From Octopus sinensis (lineage: Eukaryota), in contig NW_021833749.1 of NCBI RefSeq assembly GCF_006345805.1, forward strand, positions 1 to 64,000: a stretch of DNA of 64,000 bases, in the 5' to 3' direction. Shown here piece after piece: positions 12,216 to 24,567 of this stretch (the stretch's first letter is position 1; the number at the start of each line of letters is the position of its first letter). The notes under the pieces were generated by a model that did no database searches, was not told the origin of the DNA, and worked only from the letters and a program-made list of their open reading frames with translations. The translations under genes and the position numbers were made by a program.

Positions 12216-12924
12216 TTATAAAGGAAACTTGTCTTCATACACTTTGTAGTTTAATCGAGCTCCATTAGATCGATGTAATGTATATTTGAAAATACTTATT
12301 TTCAGGGCAGCAATAAACTGGGCAACATACTTATTGCTCAGGGCAACATATACGGGTAACAGCGGTGGGGGTTTCCTGAGAGTTGACTTTCCGAGGGAAT
12401 GGAAACTCATCATAATGATTAATGTAGGGTTCAAGCATTGAGATGGGAGTTTTGAGTAAGGTTGGGTGGAGATGTACAGGGCCTAATCTAATTTAGAAGA
12501 TTAGTCCCTGCTGAAGTCACGATCATTGGAAGGGGCAGCACATCCGTGGGTCAGAGCTACAATGTGGTAATGAGTAAAACCTTTAACAATTGGTCATAGA
12601 ACCATCTTTTGTACGTGACTAGGGATTTGTGTATGTGGGTGGGGTATGTCTACCCACAATGCCGTTTTCTATGTGGCAACAGTATTGCATTGTACGTCAT
12701 ACCTGAGCTCAGTTGATGGTGAGTTGTTGTTCTGATTGGCTAAAATACTCGCTTCTGATTGGCTAAAATATCCAAATTTTGCAAACTTTAAATGTTAATA
12801 GCTTTTTGATAAGGAATTTATGGGAAAAATAATTTTCATTTTCATAATTAGTATACAAAGTTTAATCCATATACAAATTTGAAAACAGATGGAACAGAAT
12901 TGTAGACAGTAACGATAACCACAA

Positions 12925-13110
12925 AGATCCGACTGCGGCCATGCTGGAGCACCACCTTGAAGAATTTTTAGTCGAATGAATCGACCCCAGGAAATGTTTT
13001 CATAAACATGATGCTTATGCTATCGTTCTCCTTTGTCGAGGTTATGGGGACGTAAACACACCAACACCAGTTGTCAATCGGTGGCAGAGGACAAACACAG
13101 ACATACAAAC
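12925..13110 (-). mobile_element. SINE family A, 3' half
   Basis: GACTGCGGCCATGCTGGAGCACCACC...GGGGACGTAAACACACC. Confidence 0.75.
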
Positions 13111-13350
13111 GCATACACACACACACACGCACACACACACACAGGTACATATATATGTATATTCCCATATAGCTATATATGTACCATGAGCACTGACGAA
13201 AGGGCTGTTTACAATTTCTTGTTAGTAAGTACCAGCGTCGGCCTCTCCAGCCATCCTCTCTTTCCCTTTCTTTCCTCCCTTTCCTCAATGTATCCCTGTC
13301 TATCTATCTGTGTAACCATCTATCTATCTATCTCTCTATCTATCTATCTA

Positions 13351-13492
13351 ATGAGAATTTACAAAAAAAACAACTAAAGACGAAGACGGGTGTATAAACA
13401 GCAAACAGATGTATTAGTTTAACACTCAGGAAGTGAGAATGTCTTTTACGTTTCGAGCCTACGCTCTTAGACAGAAAGGAACACAGAAATAA

Positions 13493-13495
<3 letters not shown>
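13351..13495 (-). mobile_element. Penelope-like terminal repeat family 2 with hammerhead-like motif (13442-13478)
   Basis: Homologous to 45326-45478 and 61895-62110; minus strand CTTT-CTGTCTA-A-GAGC GTAG GCTC-GAAA-CG-TA-AAAG. Confidence 0.6.
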
Positions 13496-13576
<81 letters not shown>

Positions 13577-13682
13577 GTCTGGCTGTCTGTCTGTCTGTCT
13601 GTCTGACTGTCCATCTATCTATCTGTCTGTCTGTCTGTCTGTCTGTCTGTCAGTCCGTCTGTCTGTCTGCCTATCTATCTAT
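13495..13682. repeat. (CTAT)n/(CTGT)n tetranucleotide array
   Basis: Direct inspection. Confidence 0.95.
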
Positions 13683-14289
13683 CTCGTGAATATTGTCGCG
13701 CCTCCTTCCTTGAAATGAGAAGGAAGAGCCATTTTCATTATACTTGTGGCTATGGCGAAAGAATGTGTATGGTGGACGCTTCTGAAAGGTCTAGAGACAA
13801 ACACTTTTCTCTCTGGTGAATCTCTCATCAATTTCTTCAAGTATTACTTGAAGAGGAAGGTGAGAGTAAAAAGGGAAGTTTTTTCGAGTGAATGCTTCAA
13901 AAAAACATAGGTGAATGTAGCAAGGGTGGCACGTGTGAACGACGGAGTCACCTTGAGCATAACCCTATGAACCAAAAAAAGAAAGGAAAAAAGAGAGTCA
14001 CCTGCTGTAATGTGTTTTTTTTTTTTTTGCATGACATTATTGCCCGAGGTTATCGTGGTCCTTTCCGTAGGCTTTTCTTTCCACGGATAAACCTAATCTG
14101 TTTTCCCTTTATGCATTATGACATTTCTGTGATACACAATACCTACTGGCGGGCTTTTTTTTTTCCACGATCCCTTTTGATCGAATTTCTACCCACCCCT
14201 TTTTTCTTCTCTTCTCTTCCCAAATAGAAAAGCTCTACTTTGTATTTTGTCCCCTCTGTGTTAAGCCCAGTGTGGCCAATATTGAAACA

Positions 14290-14359
<70 letters not shown>

Positions 14360-14555
14360 CTATCTATCTATCTACAAACATACATGTGTGAATATATGTA
14401 CGCACGCACGCACGCACCCACGCTTACATGCACATGACTGTCTGTCTGCCAGCCCATCTATCGATTGTACTAACTCCCTCCACATCCTGCTTCTCACATC
14501 TCTGTAAGTCGCAAACGCAAAAGAAAGGCAAGAAGGAAAAAAGGAAGAACGGGTG

Positions 14556-15124
14556 GAAAGAAGGAAGGAAGGAAGAAAGGAAGAAGAAGAAAAGAAAGAA
14601 GAGGAAGAAGAAGTAGTAGTAGAAAAGAAGAAGTTGTAGTAGTAGTAGTAGTAGTAGTAGAAGAAGAAGTTGTTGTTGTAGTAGTAGTAGTAGTAGTAGT
14701 ATAGTAGTAGTAGTAGAAGAAAAGAGAAGAAGAACAAGAGGAAGAAAAAGAAGAAGAAGAAGAAGAGGAAGAAGAAGAGGAAGAAGAAGAGGAAGAAGAA
14801 GAGGAAGAGGAAGAAGAAGAGGAAGAGGAAGAAGAAGAGGAAGAAGAAGAGAAAGAGGAAGAAGAAGAGGAAGAAGAAGAGGAAGAAGAAGTAGTAGTAG
14901 AAAAAGAAGAAGTTGTAGTAGTAGTAGTAATAGTAGTAGTAGTAGTAGTAGTAGTAGTAGAAGAAAAAGAAGAAGAAGAGGAAGAAAAAGAAGAAGAAGA
15001 AGAGGAAAAGAAGAGGAAGAAGAGAGGAAGAGAAGAGGAAGAAGAAGTAAGTAGTAGAAAAAGAGAAGTTGTAGTAGTAGTAGTAATAGTAGTAGTAGTA
15101 GTAGTAGAGTAGAGAGAAAAAGAA

Positions 15125-15156
<32 letters not shown>

Positions 15157-15257
15157 GGAAGAAGAAGAGGAAGAAGAAGAGGAAGAAGAAGAGAAAGAGG
15201 AAGAAGAAGAGGAAGAAGTAGTAGTAGAAAAAGAAGAAGTTGTAGTAGTAGTAGTAA

Positions 15258-15293
<36 letters not shown>

Positions 15294-15395
15294 AAGAAAA
15301 AGAAGAAGAAGAGGAAGAAAAAGAAGAAGAAGAAGAGGAAGAAGAAGAGGAAGAAGAAGTAGTAGTAGAAAAAGAAGTTGTAGTAGTAGTAGTAA

Positions 15396-15437
<42 letters not shown>

Positions 15438-15590
15438 AAGAAAAAGAAGAAGAAGAAGAGGAAGAAAAAGAAGAAGAAGAAGAGGAAGAAAAAGAAGAAG
15501 AAGAAGAGGAAGAAGAAGAGGAAGAAAAAGAAGAAGAAGAGGAAGAAGTAGAAGCAGAAAAAGAAGAAGAAGAAGAAAGGAGCAAGTAAA
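14556..15590. repeat. ~1 kb compound (GAA/GAG)n-(GTA)n array with higher-order repetition
   Basis: Plus strand almost free of C; block GTAGTAGTAGAAAAAGAAGAAGTTGTAG recurs five times. Confidence 0.95.
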
Positions 15591-15757
15591 GCCCTTTCTT
15601 GGTCCCATTGTCATTGCCCAGCCTCACAATTTACATGGCGACTAACCTTAATTCACTCCATGCCGTCTCCTCACACTGCTCCTCCCACTAATCTATCTGC
15701 ACTCTTTCACCTTTACCCGGCTCCATCTTTTTAGCCCAACCCCACGCCTGCACCCTC

Positions 15758-16330
15758 ACACACACACACACGCGTGCGCATATATGCGCATGCTCATACG
15801 CGAACATGCTTGAATACGCCCCACACATACACATATACATTCATACACCTACGTACACCAACATACTTATACACGAACATACACACATACGCAACAAAAG
15901 CACGCGCGCACACACACACACATACATGCACGTACACGCACTCACACACGCGCACTCACACACACACACACAAGCATACACCCGCGAATACATATGCACT
16001 TAAACACGCATATATACTTCAACCTGCATATTTTCACATAGACACACATACACACGCAAGCGCGTGCACACACACCCACCCACACGCACGCACATACATT
16101 CACACATGTATACATACACATACACGCACAAATACACCACCAAGCAAGCACGCATTAGCATACACACATACATTTACACACATAGACAAAAACATGCATT
16201 CACACACACACGAAGACACACTGACAAACACACATACACCCTTTAACACTCCTAAACACACACCACCAAACATACGTACACACACGCGCACTCACGTACA
16301 TATTGACTCATATACATAAGCACACAGACT
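15758..16330. repeat. Degenerate CA-rich microsatellite field
   Basis: Direct inspection. Confidence 0.85.
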
Positions 16331-16354
16331 AACATTCTACACATAGAGATATGT

Positions 16355-16735
16355 GGAGGTGCAATGGCCCAGTGGTTAGCGCAGCGGACTCGTGGTCGTA
16401 GGATCGCGGTTTCGATTCCTAGACCGGGCGTTGTGAGTGTTTATTGAGTGAAAACACCTAAAAGTTCCACGAGGCTCTGGCAGGGGGTGGTGGCGAACCC
16501 TGCTGTACTCTTTCGCCTCAACTTTCTCTCACTGTTTCTTCCTGTTTCTGTTGTACCTGTATTTCAAAGGGCCAGCCTTGTCACACTCTCTGTCATGCTG
16601 AATCTCCCTGAGAACTACGTTAAGAGTACACATGTCTGTGGAGTGCTCAGCCACTTGCATGTTAATTTCACGAGCAGGCCGTTCCGTTGATCGGATCAGC
16701 TGGGACCCTCGTCGTCGTAACCGACGGAGTGCCAC
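16355..16735 (+). mobile_element. tRNA-derived SINE family E
   Basis: TGGCCCAGTGGTTAG A box, GGTTTCGATTCC B box, tail ending GTCGTCGTAACCGACGGAGTGC; homologue at 21033-21389. Confidence 0.85.
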
Positions 16736-16752
16736 GCGACATAGAAACATAC

Positions 16753-16827
<75 letters not shown>

Positions 16828-16994
16828 GCTGGACAACTTTCGTTACCTATGAATTCCTACCGCCCCCCACCACCACCAACGTTTGTCTTTTTTAAACAGA
16901 CGCAAAAACATACTATACTCCTCTCCAAACATGACCATCACTGTGAACTTCTTGTTTAATTATATCTTGTATTTTTATTTTCAATAGTATTATT

Positions 16995-17345
16995 ATTTAT
17001 AAATGCTTACCGGTATTTTGTCCGTCTATACATTCTGTGTTCAAATTCCGCCGAGGTAGACTTTGCCTTTCATCCTTTCGGGGTTGATTAAATAAGTACC
17101 AGTTGCGTTCTGGAGTCGATCTAATCGACTGACCCCCTCCCCCAAATTTCGGGCCTTGTGACAAGGGTAGAAAAGAATCGTTAGCACGTCGGACGAAATG
17201 CTTAGCGGCATTTCGTCTGTCTTTACATTCTGAGTTCAAATTCCGCCGAGATCGACTTTGCTTTTCAGCCTTTCGGGATCGACAAAATAAGAACCAGTGA
17301 ACAAAGGATCAATGTAATCGTCTTACCTCCTACCCCCAAATTTTA
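16995..17345 (+). mobile_element. Two tandem SINE family B copies
   Basis: GTTCAAATTCCGCCGAG..GACTTTGC core at ~17040 and ~17235. Confidence 0.8.
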
Positions 17346-17444
17346 AAAACGAAATACAAATAACAGACCTTCTTTGAATTTCGTTTGTTTAGACTCGAAC
17401 TTGCTGGAATCCAGCCGTGGTCGATATCTTCTTTTATCTATCGC

Positions 17445-17594
17445 ACATTATTTACATTATTTACATTTGACGGATATTTGTCCTCATTTTGTTTGTTAAC
17501 ACAACGTTTCGGCTGATATACCCTCCAGCCTTCATCAGGTGTTTTGGGGAAATTCCGAACCTGGGTTCTCATTCCTAAGGTATTTTATATGATG
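17445..17594 (-). mobile_element. Short Penelope-like/retrozyme-like repeat carrying a hammerhead, copy 2
   Basis: Reverse complement of 4807-4955; 5' end abuts a TAA array. Confidence 0.75.
17498..17543 (-). ncRNA. Type I minimal hammerhead ribozyme, intact consensus
   Basis: Minus strand AACAC-CTGATGA-A-GGCTG gagggtatat CAGCC-GAAA-CG-TT-GTGTT: 5-bp stem I, 5-bp stem II, full core, palindromic ACGT stem III as described for Penelope-like element hammerheads. Confidence 0.8.
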
Positions 17595-17603
17595 TTATTA
17601 TTA

Positions 17604-17658
<55 letters not shown>

Positions 17659-17660
17659 GT

Positions 17661-17727
17661 AGGTCACTGCCTGGAGTCGAACTCGGAATGTTGGGGTGAG
17701 TAACCCGCGCTCTTGACCACTACGCCA
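17661..17727 (-). mobile_element. SINE family C with (TAA)n tail
   Basis: Reverse complement GGCGTAGTGGTCAAGAGCGCGGG...CCGAGTTCGACTCCAGGCAGTGACCT then TAA array. Confidence 0.75.
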
Positions 17728-17917
17728 AAGAAACAAGATGAGGACAATATCGGTCAAATGTAAACGCCCTAAGAGAAATGTTAGACATAAGAAACATCGG
17801 ATGTGGCGTGCAAGAGAGACGTTTGCGTTGGTATGGTCATGTATTGCGGATGGACGGGGAGAGCTGTGCGAAGAAGTACCATTCCTAAACAGTGGAAAGA
17901 ATCCGGAGTAGAGGGAG

Positions 17918-18165
17918 AGCATCATCCGAGCGTGGTCGATGTCGGCTTCTCTGGCCCTTGTGCCGGTGGCACGTAAAAAGCACCCACTACACCCTCTGAG
18001 TGGCTGGCGTTAGGAAGGGCATGCAGCTGTAGAAACACTACCAGATCAGATTGGGGCCTGGTGCAGCCTCCTGGCTTCCCACACCCCAGTCGAACCGTCC
18101 AACCCATGCCAACATGGAAAACGGACGTTAAACAATGATGATGATGATGATGATGATTGTGATGA
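17918..18165 (+). mobile_element. SINE-like family H with (GAT)n tail
   Basis: TGTGCCGGTGGCACGTAAAAAGCA..GGCGTTAGGAAGGGCA..CAACCCATGCCAACATGGAAAACGGACGTTAAA(GAT)n; homologue at 47137-47420. Confidence 0.75.
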
Positions 18166-18552
18166 TGATGACAAAATTCCTCAACTCTTAAATATAGAAC
18201 TGTATTGTCTGTTATCGCTTTGGCAGTAGAAAAACTAAAGGGTGAAGGTTCGGAAAAACTGTCTTTTGAAGAAGTCCCATGTCTCACAGGAAAAGAAAAG
18301 GGTACGGCAGTGTGAGGGTGGGGGATGGGGCAAAAATGTAGAAAGATTGAAATGTTTTTCTTTTATCTTTTGCTTGTTTCTGTCATTAGACTGAGGTCAT
18401 GCTGAAGAATTTCGTCTTGAAGGATTGCTGTTTAATGAATCGACCCCAGCACTATTGTTTTTTTTTAAGCAGCGGAGATGTAAACACACCAACATCGGTT
18501 GTCAAACGGTGCTTGGAGACAAGCATACACACACATACACAATTATATATTC

Positions 18553-18584
<32 letters not shown>

Positions 18585-18586
<2 letters not shown>

Positions 18587-18820
18587 TATTGTTTCACTTG
18601 CTTCAGTTATTTGACAGCGGCCATGCTGGAGCACCGCCTTTAGTCGAACAAATCGACCCCAAAACGTATTCTTTGTAAGTGTAGTACTTATTCTATCGGT
18701 CTCTTTTGCCGAACTGCGAAGTTACGGGGACGTAACGCATCGGTTGTCAAGCGATAGTGGGGGACAAACACAGACACACAAATAAATAAATACATACATA
18801 CATACATACACTCTCACACA

Positions 18821-18860
<40 letters not shown>

Positions 18861-19449
18861 ATATATATATATACATACAGACGGATAGGTACATAGGTTA
18901 TATGAACAGACAAGCACACATACGCAAACGGAGACTGAAACACATGACCATATATACACACACACGTACGCACACATACATAAAAAAAACACACAAACAC
19001 GGACACGCAAGCACATGAATATGCAGAATACATACATACAAATGAACACACATACGTACATATATACATATGCATATGCATACACACATATATACATACA
19101 CACATACATACATACATACACACATGCATACATACATACATACATACATACATACATACATACATACATACATACATACATACATACATACTGACCCACA
19201 CACATGCGCACAAACAAACAAAAAAGAAACGCAGTGTAAATAATGGACAGAGTCAACGACTATTAAAAAGGTTGCAAGACGCAACGAAAATTTTAGGAAA
19301 ATAAAAATAAGGAATAAGTGGAAATTTTACCGGTGAGTGTGTTAAATTATAAGGTACAAAAAGAAAATGACTCTCCCCAGACACATAACAGAATATCCTT
19401 CAACACACGAACTCACATAAAGAATCTTGCGAACCAAATCCAAATACGA

Positions 19450-19494
<45 letters not shown>

Positions 19495-19640
19495 CATATA
19501 TATACAATGGGCTTCTGCCAGTTTCCGTCTACCAAATCCACTCACAAAGATTTGGTTGGCCCGAGGCTATAGTAGAATACACTTGCCTAAGGTGTCACGC
19601 AGTGGGACTGAACCCAGAGCCGTTAAGTTGGAAAGCAGAA
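18585..19640 (-). mobile_element. SINE family A split by ~0.7 kb of microsatellite and other sequence (tail 18585-18780, head 19505-19640)
   Basis: Both halves recognisable on the minus strand in the correct order. Confidence 0.6.
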
Positions 19641-21032
19641 TTCTTGCCATACAGCCACGCCTGTTTGGAAATGTTTTCTTTCAAAATCGTAAATTAGCGT
19701 GTAGGTGGTTGAATATTCAAAAGAAACGTGCACACATGAAGTGCTCTGGGTTCAAATCCCATCGAGGTCAGTTGTTCCTTTCATCCTTTCATCAGTTTGT
19801 AGCGGTTTTTTTCATTACAATTTCTAAAGAGGCAGATAGACAAGAAGATAACATTTCGTGTACGCAAAGACTGAATTACAAATAAAGAACATGTATATAA
19901 GTGATACAAAGTAATTAATTAAACAGAACAAAGGATATGCTTATGACCGTCACATGTGTTTATATCTAATTAATAAAGTGTATTCGTCGGTGTGTGATTG
20001 CGATCATTTCCTTGAGTGTGAAGCGTGAAATAGAAAGAGAAAGAAAGAGAGCGTGAATCCATGCAAACAACGAATTAAATGGTTGACTTTCCTATTGCGT
20101 TTAGTGATTATCTGAAACGCACCAAACCGTGATGATGTTTTCTTCATTTGTCATTGTAGTTTATTGTGAATTAACAAACGTAAGCATGAGAATGTAGCGG
20201 GTTACGTAGTACTTACGTGTCTAAGGTGTCTATCAGAGAAATTATGTCATTATGTGAAATGAAGCAGGGAGACTGATTGGCTTATAGTAATTGCGTCACA
20301 CTATAATCAGCCAGACGTAGATTTACGGTCGACTGAAATTAGTTGATTGATTATGTCCCAGGTAAACCAGTGGTGGACTCTGCCATCGGAAAATAGCTTA
20401 ATCTACAAAGTAGAAATGGATTGTGTTTTTGTGAGGAAAAATAAAAGTCTAACGTTTCGAATTTCAATCTTACATCGCTTAATTGTAGATATTTAATTTC
20501 TCTCTCTTTCTCTCTCTCTCACTCTCTCTCCCTCGCTTCCTTGCATATCTCTATCTCTCTCCCTTGCCACACTCTCTCATCCTTGCATCTCTCTTCATCT
20601 GCCTGTTATTTCTGTTTCTTTGTCTCTTTCTTGCACTTCTCGTTCTTCAACTACCTGTTATTATTGCTTCTTTCTCTCTTTATCTCTTGCCTGCCTCATC
20701 TACCTACTCGTTTTGATTTTCTCTCTCTACCTCCTTTCTCACCAATGAACACTTGATAAGTTTGTAACTAATTAAAGAGAAGAGCACTGTGGTTGCTGTT
20801 TAGTCTTAGGGTATCTCTTATCGTGTAGGTTTGTGAACAAAAGCCCTCCAGCAGGCGCAATACAGTTTGCTCTCTTTGAGAATAGTATGTCTACGGCTAC
20901 ATTATCCACTTAGCATTCCTCTTTTAAAATGTCCAGTACAAATTAAAGAAAGCTTAGCTACAATTTCCAGGGCAGAGTATGGCTTTGTAGAAGTCCACCC
21001 TTCATTTGCTCGTTGATTACTTATGTCAAAGT

Positions 21033-21389
21033 GGAGACCCAGTGGTTAGGGCAGCGGACTCGCGGTCGTAGGATCGCGGTCTCGATTCCCAGACCGGGCG
21101 CTGTGAGTGTTTATTGAGCGAAAACACCTAAAGCTCCACGATGCTCCGGCAAGGATAGTGGTGATCCCTGCTGTACTCTTTCACCACAACTTTCTCTCAC
21201 TCTTTCTTTCTGTATTTCAAAGGGCCAGCCTTGTCACTCTCTGTGTCACGCTGAATATCCCCGAGAACTACGTTAAGGGTACACGTGGCTGTGGAGTGCT
21301 CAGCAACTTACACGTTAATTTCACGAGCAGGCTGTTCCGTTGATCGGATCAACCAGAACCCTCGTCGTCGTAACCGACGGAGTGCTTCC
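21033..21389 (+). mobile_element. SINE family E with 14-bp target-site duplication
   Basis: ACTTATGTCAAAGT at 21019-21032 and 21390-21403. Confidence 0.9.
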
Positions 21390-21824
21390 ACTTATGTCAA
21401 AGTAACCAACAAATGATTGGATGTTTATGAGGCACGTGATCGCCATAAATTATCCATTGTATGAAATGTTTATTAATTCACTCAGTAGATATTCTAAGTT
21501 AGCCAATCATAGTTTTATTGGCGGTACTTCTAGTATTTGCCTTTAGGTTAAAGTGTGAAAATGTAATTAGAGAGAGTTAACGGAGATTGAAGAAAACGGC
21601 TCAAGGAATTATCGGAACGTGAAGTTAATGAAATTCTTGGAATGTTGTTGAAGGATGAGAGAAGCTAAATTGTCTGTGAGATAATTACAAACAGATGGAA
21701 TTACGATAACACAGGGGCTAAACCATCAACAACAAAAACTACATTAGTAAGCATCAACAACAACTACCAAACAAAACAAAAACAGAACCTGCCAATTCAA
21801 AGAAAGATATATATATATGTACAT

Positions 21825-21945
21825 CTCTTTCTCTCTCTCTACCTTTCTCTCTCTCTCTACCTTTCTCTCTCTCTCTCTCTTTCTCCCTTTCTCTCTCTAT
21901 ATAAATGCATACATACATACATATATACATACATACATACATACA

Positions 21946-21997
<52 letters not shown>

Positions 21998-22095
21998 ATA
22001 TACATATATATATATACATATATATATGCATACATGCATACACATATATACATATATATATATATACATATATACATATATATATATACATATAT

Positions 22096-22131
<36 letters not shown>

Positions 22132-22205
22132 GTATGTATGTATACATACATACACACACACACGCACACAAACATACACACACACACACACCATATATAT
22201 ATATA
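21825..22205. repeat. Compound (CT)n/(TACA)n/(TA)n/(CA)n array
   Basis: Direct inspection. Confidence 0.95.
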
Positions 22206-22524
22206 TGTAAGTATAGAAAGGGAAGCAAAAATAATAGGCAGATGAAGAAAGTGTGTATGAGAGAGAGAGAGAGAGGTATGGAAGAAAGAAAGAGAGAGAG
22301 AGAAAAGGTTACAGGGATAACGAAAGTATGGTGCGTGAGTAGGAGAGTGAAACGAAAACACTTATATTGAAATGCGGTTATATATATAGAAGCAGTCATA
22401 GAAAGATGGTGTTACACACACACACACATTATTCAGGAGATAAGAGATGGTCAGTGTTGGAAAAAATCGTATTTGTTACCAAATTTAATGTTACTTAAGT
22501 TCGTATCTCACTGGGAACTCACTT

Positions 22525-22557
22525 TTCAACGTTTCGGCCGAAGTTCTTCGTCAGGAA
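22525..22557 (-). ncRNA. Minimal hammerhead-like motif, stem II imperfect
   Basis: Minus strand TTC-CTGACGA-AGAAC TTCG GCC-GAAA-CG-TT-GAA. Confidence 0.4.
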
Positions 22558-22883
22558 TTGTGAGAAACATGTTTCCGTTTTTGCTTTAGTCCACGAAACT
22601 TTGGATGCAGTGAAAAGTCATAGGAAATGTCATTGTTAGTAGATGTACAGATGTGGGTGAGAAGCGCTAGGGGGAAAGGGAGGGGAATTCGGAGGGGTTT
22701 AGGTGGATAGAAGACTAAAGTGTTTAGTGGGGAGGGGTGCGAACGAAAAGGAACGCTTAGCGAATGGAAGAAAGAAGGTGTATTTAGTGGTCAGATGAAT
22801 GGTCGCTGCTAAGGATCTGTCAACAGCAGTGATAGCATGTACGTTCGTACAAACCGCCACATATAAACTATAGGGGCAAACGG

Positions 22884-22918
<35 letters not shown>

Positions 22919-22957
22919 CACACACGTAACGCAATTGTGGAGTCAGGTAGTATTAGT

Positions 22958-23191
22958 ATAAGGCGGCGAGCTGGCAGAAACGTTAGCACGCCGGGCGAAA
23001 TGCTTAGCGGTATTTCGTCTGCCGTTACGTTCTGAGTTCAAAATCCGCCGAGGTCGACTTTGCCTTTCATCCTTTCGGGGTCGATTTAATAAGTACCAGT
23101 TACGCACTGGGGTCGATATAATCGACTTAATCCGTTTGTCTGTCCTTGTTTGTCCTCCCTGTGTTTAGTCCCTTGTGTGTAGTAAAGAAAT
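22958..23191 (+). mobile_element. SINE family B, full copy with 13-bp TSD
   Basis: AGGTAGTATTAGT at 22945-22957 and 23192-23204; A box TGGCAGAAACG, B box GAGTTCAAAATCC, tail AAAGAAAT. Confidence 0.9.
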
Positions 23192-23861
23192 AGGTAGTAT
23201 TAGTTACTATGCTCTCATACGTAGTATGTAACGTTTTGCTACCGCCTATTTGGCGTCGCTGAATCGACGCTGACTTATTTGACTTCGGGCGTTTTAATGC
23301 TTCTCTGTTTTTAATATTTTTCATTCTCGCTCCCCCTCTGTCTCCCTCTCTCTCTTTCTCCCTCTCCCTTCTTTCTCGCTTTCTCACCCTTTTTCTGTTT
23401 ATGCGTGTGAATATATTTCTTTATGTATGTGAGGAGAGAAATATATCCGTATGTGTATATTTTTGCGCGCACGTGAGGGAGAGAGAGGGAAAGAGAAAGA
23501 AAAGTAGATAGAAGGAGAAAAAGGGAGTGAGAAAAGAGAGAGAAGGAGGAAGGAAGAGAATGAGAGTGACATTAAAAATCTGATGTCAAATAAGTTAGAG
23601 TCGAATTAGCGAAGCAAATATGCGTCGGCAAACGGGCAACGCCGATGTGTCTCATATTCTCTTAAACATGACCAACAAGAGCAACCGTCGCTTCCATGAA
23701 CTATCTTTCTTACGCTCCTACTGTCTCAATCTGAGAATTAGGTTAAAGAGATATGTGTCTAAGGGATACTCAGCCATTAACACGCTAATTCAATCGGCAG
23801 TTGATCGAATAACTCAATCCTGTGGACAAAGAATCATCTATCCATATAGATAAATATGCAA

Positions 23862-24155
23862 ATAGTTAAGTGGTTAGGGTGTTTGACACACGACCCTAAG
23901 GTCGCGAGTTCGATTCCTGGACGGGGCTCTCTGTTGCGTCTTTGAGCAAGATACTATATTAAACGTTGCTCCGATCCACTGAGCTGGCAAAAATGAGTCG
24001 TACCTGTAATTGAAAGGGGCCAGCCTTGTCACACTCTGTGTCACGATGGCTCTCTCTGAGAACTACGTCAAGGATACACGTGTCTGTGGAGTACTCAGCC
24101 ACTTGCACGTTCATTTTACGAGCAGGTTCTTCTGCTGATTGGATCAACTGGAACA
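23862..24155 (+). mobile_element. SINE family F, diverged
   Basis: GAGTTCGATTCC B box, CTTTGAGCAAGA..CCACTGAGCTGGCAAAAATGAGT middle, E-type tail. Confidence 0.75.
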
Positions 24156-24258
24156 CTCAATGTAACACACACACACACACACACACATACACACACATAT
24201 ATATATAATTATATATATATATATATTATATATATATATATATTATATATATAGGAGG

Positions 24259-24559
24259 AGACACCCTTCGGTCATGACTGACCATGGGATTGCACCTAGA
24301 AAGTTACCCTCCGAGGCACAAGTCCAGGCAAGGCTGTTTATGGAAGGCCAACAGTCACCCATGCATACCAGCCTCCCATCTCCATGCCACCGGTGTTATC
24401 CAAGGGAAAGGCAAAGGCCTCATTTCTACAGATGAGTGGACTGGAGCAACGTGAAATAAAGTGTCATGCTCAGAACACAACACGCGGCCCGGTCCGAGAA
24501 TCGAACTCGCAACCCCACGATCTTAAGCTCGATGCTCTAGCCACTGAGCCATGTGCCTT
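24259..24559 (-). mobile_element. SINE family G
   Basis: Reverse complement of 24568-24900. Confidence 0.85.
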
Positions 24560-24567
24560 TACTATAT

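Noticed and set aside
12730-12772. Tandem TTCTGATTGGCTAAAATA (inverted CCAAT boxes) as a promoter
   Set aside because: No linked transcription unit; more likely internal to an unclassified repeat.
14424-15627. 396-aa poly-Leu and 377-aa Ser/Thr ORFs (mucin-like)
   Set aside because: Reverse complement of the GAA/GTA array; several frames are open, so not evidence of coding.
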